This document shows, in pieces, positions 8,259 through 16,377 of a DNA stretch of 20,000 bases. Position numbers and translations under genes: made by a program. Every line of letters begins with the position of its first letter. Positions within the stretch are counted from its first letter, which is position 1. The stretch is from an uncultured virus (IMG/VR IMGVR_UViG_3300017971_003573) (taxonomy: Duplodnaviria; Heunggongvirae; Uroviricota; Caudoviricetes). Under the pieces are notes generated by a model, which worked only from the letters and a program-made list of their open reading frames with translations, was not told where the DNA came from and searched no databases. Location: the IMG/VR virus record IMGVR_UViG_3300017971_003573; one strand, 5' to 3'.

Positions 8259-8422
8259 TTGAAAAGACTGGTGAAATCAAGCCCGGCCAGACGCCCGATA
8301 CCGAGGGCAAGCTCGCGCCTGATGGGGTCAAGGCAGCCGCCGCGAACCCGCAGGCCGAGCGCGAGATGACCGAACGGCTTGATGACGACCCATTGAAGCG
8401 ACTGTCTGAGGCCGCCGAATAA
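8255..8422 (+). CDS. Small hypothetical protein (55 aa, not in the ORF track)
   Basis: ATGA overlap with the previous stop; translates as MIEKTGEIKPGQTPDTEGK...LDDDPLKRLSEAAE* and fills the gap up to the portal RBS. Confidence 0.7.
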   Translation: MIEKTGEIKPGQTPDTEGKLAPDGVKAAAANPQAEREMTERLDDDPLKRLSEAAE

Positions 8423-8440
8423 CTCACGGAGGAGACTGCT

Positions 8441-10429
8441 ATGTCAGGCGCCCTCTCAGTCGGTCGCGGCTTGAGTGCCATGGGGAACTCTCGCTATAGC
8501 GAGCAGTTCCCTGATCCGTTCTGCGACATCGCCAGCCTGGCGATGCCGGAGTCCATTCAGGATGCACTTCGCTGGTGCGAGTTCATCCTGAATAAGAACG
8601 GGCCGTACCGCGAGGCGCTCAAGCGGATCATCTCCTACTTCATCACGGACATCGAGATCGTCTCACCCACCGGCGACAGCGACAAGCAAGTCGGGCGGGA
8701 AGAGAAGCAGAAGTATCTCGACTTCCTCAACGACACGCTTGGGATCAAGACGATCCTCCACAGCGCTGCACTCGACTACCTGGGCTACGGCAACAGCTTC
8801 ACGAGTTTGATCGTGCCGTTCCGTCGCTACCTGTGGTGTCCGCAGTGCAAGCTGGAGCTGCCGTTGAAGAAGGTCTTCCACGCCGAGCAGTTCCGCTTCC
8901 AGTGGAGCGGCTTCGAGTTCAATGCGACGTGCCCGCATTGCGGTCACTCCGGCAAGTGGAACCACGTCGACCGACGAAGTGGTGAGAAGGGCGAGCTGAA
9001 GGTCAAGCGATGGAGCCCGCACGAGCTCGACATCTTGCATGACCCGTACACCCGGGACCGCGCCTATATCTGGAAGGTGCCCGACGACTACCGCAACCTC
9101 ATCAAGCGAGGTCACCTGTTCCACCTGGAGCGGGCATCGTGGGAAGTCATCCAGGCGGTCAAGCAGAACAAGAACCTGTTGTTCGACCCGGACATCATGT
9201 ACCACATGCTGGAAGAACCCATGGCTGGTCTCAACGACCGAGGCTGGGGTTACTCCCGCGTGCTGGTCAACTTCACGCACGCTTGGTACGTCCAGGTGTT
9301 GCAGCGTTACAATGAGGCGATCGCGTTAGACTACGTGATCCCGTTCCGAGTCATCACACCAATGCCACGGCCAGGCCAGGGCGGCGAAGTGAATGACCCA
9401 GTGCTGTCGATCAACCTCGGCAGCTTCACGGGACGGGTGAACCAGATGCTGCGAGCTCGTCGCCGGGATCCTGCGAGATGGAACGTCCTGCCGTTCCCGA
9501 TCGAGTACCAGGCCCTCGGTGGCGATGCCCAGCAACTGGCACCAAAGGACTTGCTTGAACTCGGCATGGACCAACTGCTTAACGCAGTTGGCATCCCTGT
9601 CGAGCTTTACAAGGGCAGCCTCTCGGTCCAGTCAGCGCCCGCTGCCTTGCGACTGTTCGAGGCCAACTGGAGCCACATGGTGCATAACCTCAACCGCTTC
9701 CTCAACAAACTGGTCGAGAAGATTTCGCAGCTCATGTCCTGGGAACCTGTCAGCGCACGCTTGCAACGGGTCACCCATGCCGACGACCTCAACCGTCAGA
9801 TGGCCAAGCTGCAACTGATGATGGGTGGCCAGATCAGCCGCACGACCGGCCTGGGCACCGTGGGCTTGGAGTTCCTCGAAGAGGAACGCCGCAAGCTCGA
9901 AGAGGAGCGTCTTGCTGCCGAAGAGACGGCCAAGATGCAAGAGGAGATGGAGCAGTCGGCCCAGATGGACGAGATGGCCATGCCGCAAGACCCGATGGCT
10001 GCTGGTGGAATGCCGCCAGGCGGAGATCCCGCAGCCGCCGGTGGTGGTGGTCAGATGCCGATGATGCAAGGAATGCCTGGTGCCATGCCCGGCGGCGGGA
10101 TGCCCGCCCCGCAGCAAGGTGCCGCGCCGCCGCCTGCTGGTGCAATGGGCATGGCCTCGCAACAGTTCGGTGCCCAGATGGGCAGCCAACCCACCGATAC
10201 TCCCGAGGATCTGGAGGCAAAAGCACAGACGCTTGCGTCACAGATCATTGCTATGCCGGAGAGCCAGAAAGACTCCACGCTCATCCAGCTCAAGAAGGAA
10301 GACTCGACCCTGCACTCCCTGGTCACCTCCATCCTCGACGACATGCGTCGAGATGCGCAGCTTCGCGGTGGTCAGATGGTCATGCAGCAAGAGTATGGCA
10401 AGCAGGCCCGCGTCATTGAGCTACCGTAG
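8441..10429 (+). CDS. Probable phage portal protein with a Zn-ribbon insertion
   Basis: 662 aa with a GGAGGAG RBS. Portal-like layout: helical N-terminus, DYLGYGNSF, KRWSPHELDI, NEAIALDY-IPFRVI clip-like region, LLNAVGIPVEL, C-terminal coiled coil and M/G/P/Q-rich tail. Based on remembered family patterns, not a search. Confidence 0.65.
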   Translation: MSGALSVGRGLSAMGNSRYSEQFPDPFCDIASLAMPESIQDALRWCEFILNKNGPYREALKRIISYFITDIEIVSPTGDSDKQVGREEKQKYLDFLNDTLGIKTILHSAALDYLGYGNSFTSLIVPFRRYLWCPQCKLELPLKKVFHAEQFRFQWSGFEFNATCPHCGHSGKWNHVDRRSGEKGELKVKRWSPHELDILHDPYTRDRAYIWKVPDDYRNLIKRGHLFHLERASWEVIQAVKQNKNLLFDPDIMYHMLEEPMAGLNDRGWGYSRVLVNFTHAWYVQVLQRYNEAIALDYVIPFRVITPMPRPGQGGEVNDPVLSINLGSFTGRVNQMLRARRRDPARWNVLPFPIEYQALGGDAQQLAPKDLLELGMDQLLNAVGIPVELYKGSLSVQSAPAALRLFEANWSHMVHNLNRFLNKLVEKISQLMSWEPVSARLQRVTHADDLNRQMAKLQLMMGGQISRTTGLGTVGLEFLEEERRKLEEERLAAEETAKMQEEMEQSAQMDEMAMPQDPMAAGGMPPGGDPAAAGGGGQMPMMQGMPGAMPGGGMPAPQQGAAPPPAGAMGMASQQFGAQMGSQPTDTPEDLEAKAQTLASQIIAMPESQKDSTLIQLKKEDSTLHSLVTSILDDMRRDAQLRGGQMVMQQEYGKQARVIELP

Positions 10430-10437
10430 GAACGAGC

Positions 10438-11172
10438 ATGGAAAAGACTCTCGCGATCGGGATGACCGTAGGTCTCCGCAAAAACAAAGGCAACACGTAC
10501 AACTACTGCGAGCGATCTATTCGCAGTCTCCGTGAGGGCGGCTTCAAGCAGACCCTCTACGCCTTCACCGAGCCCGGGGCTCAGATCCACATACCGGGTC
10601 ACTCCAGCTTCAAGGCGGAGATGATCCAGCACGAGAAGAAGAAGGGCTGCTTCCGCAACTTCCGGTTCGGCCTGAAGTGGCTCCTCGACCACACCGAGGC
10701 GGACTGGCTGCTCATGTTGCAGGACGACGCCGTGTGGCGGAGCGATGGTTGGGAGGTCATTCGCCAGACGATGGAGGCGGGTGAGCACGACCACGTCGGC
10801 ATGCTGTCACCGTACACCAGTAAGGCCATGGTGTTCCAGGGTGACAAGCAGAAGTTTGCCAAGAAGAAGCAGGAGGGTTGGCGGAAGTGTCACTTCCACA
10901 ACAAAGCCTTCTGGGGTGCCGTAGCCATGCTCTTCCCTCGCGAGAGCGCTCGCAAGCTGGAGGAAGAGAGCCAACGCTACCGCAACCACAAGCATCATCG
11001 TAAGCTCGACGTTATCGTCGGCAACGCCCTTCGCAAGGAGCTTCAGCTTGAGATCCTGGTGCGTGTGCCCAGCCTGGTCGAGCACATCGGTGCTTGGAGC
11101 ACGCTGGGACGTCACAAGCTCAGAGGCAACCAATGGGGGCGAAAGGGTTACCACTTCAAAAAAGAAGGATGA
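10438..11172 (+). CDS. GT-A fold glycosyltransferase (GT2/GT25-like)
   Basis: ADWLLMLQDD (DxD-equivalent), FWGAVAMLFPR, KLDVIVG and C-terminal PSLVEHIG..S. Confidence 0.75.
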   Translation: MEKTLAIGMTVGLRKNKGNTYNYCERSIRSLREGGFKQTLYAFTEPGAQIHIPGHSSFKAEMIQHEKKKGCFRNFRFGLKWLLDHTEADWLLMLQDDAVWRSDGWEVIRQTMEAGEHDHVGMLSPYTSKAMVFQGDKQKFAKKKQEGWRKCHFHNKAFWGAVAMLFPRESARKLEEESQRYRNHKHHRKLDVIVGNALRKELQLEILVRVPSLVEHIGAWSTLGRHKLRGNQWGRKGYHFKKEG

Positions 11173-11181
11173 GGCATCGCC

Positions 11182-12219
11182 GTGCAACTTGGTATATGCA
11201 CACCATACCGGCGATGTGAGGAGACTCAGGTAGCGCTCCGGCTAGCGCAGTGGGCCGAGGACCGTGACATCGACGTGTCGATCCGACCCACCACCACGTC
11301 ACCAGCCAGGCTCGGCGTGCCGCACGACGATGATGCTCGGGCCTGCCGGGATATGAAGTTCACCGAGTGGGCCAGGCAGTGTTCCACGATCATCTGGACA
11401 GCGTCGCCAATCTACGAGCAAGTCGAGTGGGCGCTGAAGCACAAGATCCATAGCATCATCTACGCACTGTGGCTTTCCACGGAAGCATACGACATGGAGG
11501 CGTTGAAGATCGCCGACGCTGTCCTCGTGCCCAACCAGTTTGCTGCCAACGGGCTGCAAGGTCCGATGCCGGGGCAGCGTATCATCTATGCCCCGTACGA
11601 CCCAGGCGTGCCGCCCGTTGCGAAGGATCCACGGTTGCAATGTGAGCAGCGGTGGGTCTTCCTGCCGCTGTTTGACCGCGAGCCCTACAAGACCGAGATG
11701 ACCGTGGTCGAGGTGATGGGCAGGATGCTTTATGAGTTCGACGATACGATCCTGACGGTGGCCTACAATGCCTCGACGCTAGCACTGCATGCCCGGCGAC
11801 GACTGGACCAGTTCTCCAAGTATTTTGGACCGCGCGTGCGGCAGCTTGCAGCCGTGCCACTCGCCAGGCGGGCACCCATGTTCCAGTACCACGATCTGAC
11901 CGTGTGGCCGGTCCATTGGGATGATGTTGGCATTATTGGGCTGACGTCTATGACCGTGGGCACGCCCGTGATCGCGTTCTACTACCCGCCGCTGTCGGAG
12001 TTCATGCTCCCGACAAACTCGGTCGGGGTCCAGGTATCGCACCATACGGATCTCACGGGAATGCCCCGTATTGAGCCGAATTATGATGGTTTCGAGAACA
12101 TCCTGCACATGACGTTGCAGGACCGAAAGACACTGCCTCATTTGCATCAGACGGTCTTGCAAGGATTGCCAGAAAGACGTACGCTGTTCGGAGAGGCCCT
12201 CGTAAGGGTTATGTACTAG
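11182..12219 (+). CDS. GT-B fold (GT4-like) glycosyltransferase with a degenerate EX7E motif
   Basis: ADAVLVPNQFA and HDLTVWPVHWDDVGIIGLTSMTVGTPVIAF..PPLSEF align to the GT4 pattern D...PS..E.FG...+EAMA.G.PV+. GTG start with GAGG upstream. Confidence 0.7.
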   Translation: MQLGICTPYRRCEETQVALRLAQWAEDRDIDVSIRPTTTSPARLGVPHDDDARACRDMKFTEWARQCSTIIWTASPIYEQVEWALKHKIHSIIYALWLSTEAYDMEALKIADAVLVPNQFAANGLQGPMPGQRIIYAPYDPGVPPVAKDPRLQCEQRWVFLPLFDREPYKTEMTVVEVMGRMLYEFDDTILTVAYNASTLALHARRRLDQFSKYFGPRVRQLAAVPLARRAPMFQYHDLTVWPVHWDDVGIIGLTSMTVGTPVIAFYYPPLSEFMLPTNSVGVQVSHHTDLTGMPRIEPNYDGFENILHMTLQDRKTLPHLHQTVLQGLPERRTLFGEALVRVMY

Positions 12220-12221
12220 GC

Positions 12222-12250
12222 TTCCACTGGAAGCGGTATTCTGCTACATT
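12222..12250 (+). promoter_or_regulatory. Candidate sigma70-type extended -10 promoter for the tubulin operon
   Basis: TG-C-TACATT at 12242-12250. The weak -35 region lies in the inverted repeat GCTTCC-ACT-GGAAGC (12220-12234). Confidence 0.4.
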
Positions 12251-12268
12251 AACGACCAAGGAGACATT

Positions 12269-12748
12269 ATGAGCATCGAACATCGCCGACGACTCGCGGA
12301 GCGACGCGGGGCGGCTGGCAAGCGCCAGTCGACGGATATTGACCCCACGTTCCAGCCCGCAGCGCAGCGCGTGACGCTGGCACAGCAGGCCGAGATCGCC
12401 AGTCGCGGCAAGCCCAAGCCAGAGCCATTCCAAGAGCCCGAGGCGGAAGCACCCGCTCCCGAACCCGAGGCCCCGGCGCTGGCCCCGCCGCCCGCACCCG
12501 AGCCCGCACCGGCTCCCGAGCCCGAGACGGCACCGGAGCCTAAGATGTCGGCAAAGGCCAGGCGACGTGCCCGCAAGCAAGCAGCCGCTGCGAAGGGCGA
12601 CGAGACCACGGAACCCACGGTCGAGACCGTGCCGGAACCAGAGCCCGAGCCTGCCCCCGAAGAGGAAGCGCCGCAGGATGAGGCGCAGACCGAACAACCC
12701 GAACCGGAGCCCGAGGCTCCTGCGGAGGGTGACGCCCCAAAGGAATAG
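12269..12748 (+). CDS. Pro/Glu-rich disordered protein
   Basis: AAGGAG RBS; PEPE/APE repeats with two basic patches; directly upstream of the tubulin gene. Confidence 0.75.
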   Translation: MSIEHRRRLAERRGAAGKRQSTDIDPTFQPAAQRVTLAQQAEIASRGKPKPEPFQEPEAEAPAPEPEAPALAPPPAPEPAPAPEPETAPEPKMSAKARRRARKQAAAAKGDETTEPTVETVPEPEPEPAPEEEAPQDEAQTEQPEPEPEAPAEGDAPKE

Positions 12749-12753
12749 CCATT

Positions 12754-13893
12754 ATGGCAGATGATGGATTTGGAATTGACGTAGGCGACATCCCGATTCC
12801 GCCAACGCAATCGGGTAAGCCAGAGATCACTGATCGGTTCGACTACAACGTGGCATTCGAGCTTGCCTTCGTTGGGGTCGGCCAGTGTGGCGGTCGCCTG
12901 GCGGCAACCTTCGACGAGCTCGGTTACGGTCGCGTGTGTGCCATCAATACGACGGTGCAAGACCTTGCCGAGCTCAAGTTGCCCGAGGAGCGGAAGCTGG
13001 ACATTGGCCAGGCCAGAGGAGCTGGCAAAGATCCGCAGATGGCCGCTGAGCTCTTCAAAGGGCACGACGAAGATGTCTTCGACCTGTTCAAGAGGAACTG
13101 GGGCGAGGAGATCGATTACTCGTTCGTATGCTTCGCTGCCGCCGGTGGAACCGGAGCGGGTGGGCATCCGAGCGTCATCAACGTAGCTCGTCGCTACATG
13201 AAGTCCTTGAAGCGACCTGAAAAGGTCGGTGCAATCATCGCACTTCCCAAGGACGACGAAGGCCAGCAGTTTGCGAAGAACGCATTGCACACTGCCAAGG
13301 GCCTGAAGAAACTGGGGCTCAGTCCTATCATCTTCATCGACAACCAGAAGATACGGGACATGTACGATCCCCCAGCAACCAGAGAGCACGCCATCGAGAA
13401 CCAGGCGACCGCCAAGTTGCTTCACATGTTCAACCGTCTCGCGGGATCGGACAGTGAACACACGACGTTCGATCGTGCAGACTTGGCCAAGCTATTGGAC
13501 TCAGGCGTCATAACCTTTGCGGCGGACAACATCACAAAATGGGGTAACGCCGCAGACATCTCGACGCCGATACGCGATCAACTTCATAAAAACATGCTGG
13601 CGACAATGAACCTATCGAAGTCGTCGGTGGCCGGGTTGATCTATGTCCTGAACGGGACGGCGTGGGATGAAGTCAAGGCCGCTGACCTCGACCATGGCAC
13701 TGCCATGTTCACTCGCATCCTCGACAAGAACTCGACCGTCTTTCCGGGCGTGTATCGTGGTTCCAGCGACGGTGGGAGTATTACAGTATTAGCCATGATT
13801 GGCTCCCTGCCATGGCCTCGCGAGCGGCTCATGGAGCTTGCAGACGAAGCCGGAACCCCAAGAGACGCGGTAGCCAAGCAGCTCGGCGTGTGA
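12754..13893 (+). CDS. Tubulin/FtsZ-family GTPase (PhuZ/TubZ-like)
   Basis: T1 GVGQCGG, T2 AINT..QDL, T3 GAGKDP, T4 signature variant AAGGTGAG, T6 IDN and T7 FDRAD. No FtsZ C-terminal conserved peptide. AAGGA RBS. Confidence 0.92.
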   Translation: MADDGFGIDVGDIPIPPTQSGKPEITDRFDYNVAFELAFVGVGQCGGRLAATFDELGYGRVCAINTTVQDLAELKLPEERKLDIGQARGAGKDPQMAAELFKGHDEDVFDLFKRNWGEEIDYSFVCFAAAGGTGAGGHPSVINVARRYMKSLKRPEKVGAIIALPKDDEGQQFAKNALHTAKGLKKLGLSPIIFIDNQKIRDMYDPPATREHAIENQATAKLLHMFNRLAGSDSEHTTFDRADLAKLLDSGVITFAADNITKWGNAADISTPIRDQLHKNMLATMNLSKSSVAGLIYVLNGTAWDEVKAADLDHGTAMFTRILDKNSTVFPGVYRGSSDGGSITVLAMIGSLPWPRERLMELADEAGTPRDAVAKQLGV

Positions 13894-13916
13894 CCAAGCT
13901 ATTCTAGGAACTAGCC

Positions 13917-13958
13917 ACGGCGGGCTGCATGCGGAGACGCAGGCAGCCCGTTGTTGTT
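13917..13958 (+). terminator. Probable intrinsic terminator hairpin
   Basis: CGGGCTGC-A-TGCG-GAGA-CGCA-G-GCAGCCCG stem with a GNRA loop, followed by TTGTTGTT directly after the tubulin gene. Confidence 0.65.
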
Positions 13959-13976
13959 AGAGCAAGGACGTAGGGG

Positions 13977-14645
13977 ATGTTTGGGCGACTTGACAAGGAA
14001 CGTACCCGTGCGTACATGATCGAGAGCCATCGAAGTCGCAAGCAGGCCGATGGTAGCCCGTACTATCGTCATTCAGCCAAGGTAGCAAAGCTAGCGGACG
14101 GCTTCGCAACAACCTACTACAGACAGAAGGGCAACCTGATCTTCCCGATGGACCAGGTCACTATCAAGGATGTCTGGCACGCCGGGATGCTTCACGACGC
14201 CATTGACCATGGGAGGGCATACGACGACATCCTGGAAGCCACGAGCCTTTCGGTGGCTAACATTGTCTCTGCTACTAGCAGCGACATGCGGTTGCCCCGG
14301 CCTCGACGGCTCCTAGAATACTGCAATCGGCTGCATCTTGCCGAGCCGCCCGCACAGATCATCAAGCTCGCCTGTCTGGCCTGCAACCTCCAGATGGCGA
14401 TCGAACTGATCCAGGCGGACGAGATCAGCAAGACTACCGTGGCCCTGACGTTCTGGCCCCAAGAGTTACGAGACTGCGTGAGTGCGATTGACACGTTGAA
14501 GGATTCCCGCCTGGTCAAAGAGTGGACCTGGTGCAACGAAACAGCAGAGCTGTTGGACAAGGTGTGCAAGCGATGGAAGCGTAGGCACGACATACTAGGT
14601 GAATTACTCGATGCCTTCCCCAAGCAGAAACGGCATAGACTGTAG
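13977..14645 (+). CDS. HD-domain protein, RelA/SpoT-hydrolase (Mesh1/SAH)-like, degenerate
   Basis: H.....DGSPYYRH..KVA, AGMLHD, VANIVSATSSD and AQIIKLACLACNL follow the SpoT/Mesh1 HD motif order. Confidence 0.75.
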   Translation: MFGRLDKERTRAYMIESHRSRKQADGSPYYRHSAKVAKLADGFATTYYRQKGNLIFPMDQVTIKDVWHAGMLHDAIDHGRAYDDILEATSLSVANIVSATSSDMRLPRPRRLLEYCNRLHLAEPPAQIIKLACLACNLQMAIELIQADEISKTTVALTFWPQELRDCVSAIDTLKDSRLVKEWTWCNETAELLDKVCKRWKRRHDILGELLDAFPKQKRHRL

Positions 14646-15417
14646 ACAGGTACAAACCCAGCACGGGATGGGACCGGGCCTCTGGGCCGCCGGTGAGGAC
14701 ATCACGGAGCTGCTTCCTGCCCTGCGCACCATCATCGTTACCGTGCTCCAGTACAACGGCTACAGCCTTCGGCGTCCTAACTCGCTTCGCTATGCGCCGT
14801 TCATCGACGAGCACGCACGCGGTGCGCACATGACCATCCCGGTGATCACGATCAACGTGACCCATCCGATAAGGGCGACGATCCGAGGCTACGCCTACTC
14901 GGTCTCCATCGTGCCGGGCATGGACGGCCCCGGGTTCGTGTTCGCGTTGGAAGACATGGAGTTCGCCATAGGCAATGGTGGTTTTGCGGCCATATTCGAC
15001 ACGCTCACCAGCGCGGATCCGCCGCAGATGCCCCCAGGTATGCGTGTTGCGGGGGCAGCGATCAATCGCGTGCCGCCGACGCAGGCCCCGCCAAGCGTGC
15101 CGATCGAGAACGTGCGGCCAGCCAATGCGCCCCAGCAGGCCGAGCCGCTGGGGGTTCCCGTGGAGCGAGACCGTACGGCGGAGCACCAAATGGCGTTCCA
15201 GGCACACCAGGCTGGCATGATCTCCCAGGATGCGTTGATGGAGATGATGGGGATCACGATCGACGAAAACCAAGTGCGACATATTGACAGCGGGGCGGAA
15301 ATGCAGCATGATACATCCCCCGAGCAACTCGAAGCCATTGAGGAGCGTCGACGGTTAGACGAGGCGGAGCGGACCTTTGGACGGTCTCTCCGGGCGATCG
15401 ACATCGAGACGGACTAA
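14599..15417 (+). CDS. Hypothetical protein
   Basis: 272-aa ORF (start GTG 14599 or ATG 14611) whose stop overlaps the next ATG (TAATG). C-terminus carries the shared GRxxRxID motif. Confidence 0.7.
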   Translation: MNYSMPSPSRNGIDCRQVQTQHGMGPGLWAAGEDITELLPALRTIIVTVLQYNGYSLRRPNSLRYAPFIDEHARGAHMTIPVITINVTHPIRATIRGYAYSVSIVPGMDGPGFVFALEDMEFAIGNGGFAAIFDTLTSADPPQMPPGMRVAGAAINRVPPTQAPPSVPIENVRPANAPQQAEPLGVPVERDRTAEHQMAFQAHQAGMISQDALMEMMGITIDENQVRHIDSGAEMQHDTSPEQLEAIEERRRLDEAERTFGRSLRAIDIETD

Positions 15418-16121
15418 TGCCTTCGAGATTCTCCAACCTCCTGGGGCGGTTACGTGACATCTGTCGCCGCTATCGAGAGGGTGCCGAGGCAAATAGCCCG
15501 AACCACTCGTTCATCGATCCCTTCCTTGAAGATGAGGATTACGAACCACCCAGCTCATCGTCATCGGAGTCGATAGACTGGTGGGACAGCAACAGGAGTA
15601 TGAGTATGAGCAGCGGCGAAATGTCAGACGCCGTCGCCACTGATGTGCGGACGGGAGAACAAGTAAGGCCCCAACCAGACCAGAGTGCCCTGCCCAGTGT
15701 CAACGACACGCGGCAAGCTCTGGAGGCTATTGAGCCGGGGCGTAATGAGCAGGCGTCGCAAGGGTTGCGAGAGCTTGCCCTGGCGGTCATTCGTGCCGTC
15801 ACCGAGGTTGATCGGAATCTCAACGTGGGCCGCTTTCTGAAGGCCCTGACGATCGTCTGTAATGGTCCTGGCGATTTTAAGCTGGACATCCTCGACATTA
15901 ACAGCGATATTGACCCAGAGGAACTGGCCAAGCAGATCGCCGAGCAGATGGAGGAGGAGGGCGGCCTGTTGTACGGTCGCCAGCTACGACCAATCCAAGT
16001 AGACTTTGGAGACGAAGAACATGCCGAAGCCACCGGACCTGATGGAGCACTTACTGGAGAGGCTGGAGAAGGGGATCGAGGGCTCGGACCCCGAGGCCCA
16101 TCTAACGATGCCGACCTATGA
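15417..16121 (+). CDS. Hypothetical acidic protein
   Basis: TAATG-coupled start; Ser/acidic tract, helical core and YGRQLRPIQV motif. Confidence 0.7.
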   Translation: MPSRFSNLLGRLRDICRRYREGAEANSPNHSFIDPFLEDEDYEPPSSSSSESIDWWDSNRSMSMSSGEMSDAVATDVRTGEQVRPQPDQSALPSVNDTRQALEAIEPGRNEQASQGLRELALAVIRAVTEVDRNLNVGRFLKALTIVCNGPGDFKLDILDINSDIDPEELAKQIAEQMEEEGGLLYGRQLRPIQVDFGDEEHAEATGPDGALTGEAGEGDRGLGPRGPSNDADL

Positions 16122-16377
16122 CGAGCACGACATGGACGTGATCAAGACGTTCGTGTTGTTCTGTCAGGACGTGCTCAGGCTCAACGCCCCTATTGCCGTC
16201 GAGTACGGCGAGGAGGGGATCACTCTGCGGATGCAGGACAACGCGCTGATCCCCATCGTCCACGGCGGTGGGGCGGCCTTGGACGACTCGTCTGGGTATG
16301 CCCACATCTCTCAGCCCAAGCAGCAAGGCAAGGGCATCGAACCAAGCCAATCATGGGGCGTGACAGGAAATGAGTGA
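16021..16377 (+). CDS. Hypothetical protein
   Basis: GGAG at 16008-16011 upstream of ATG 16021; overlaps the tail of the previous gene. Confidence 0.65.
   Translation: MPKPPDLMEHLLERLEKGIEGSDPEAHLTMPTYDEHDMDVIKTFVLFCQDVLRLNAPIAVEYGEEGITLRMQDNALIPIVHGGGAALDDSSGYAHISQPKQQGKGIEPSQSWGVTGNE

Noticed and set aside
12420..12740. Repetitive GAGCCC/CCCGAG DNA as a tandem repeat or CRISPR array
   Set aside because: Irregular and explained by Pro-Glu codon repeats within a CDS; there is no repeat-spacer structure.
12754..13893. Cellular ftsZ cell-division gene
   Set aside because: No dcw neighbours, no FtsZ C-terminal peptide, a tubulin/TubZ-like GQCGG T1 loop and a phage context.
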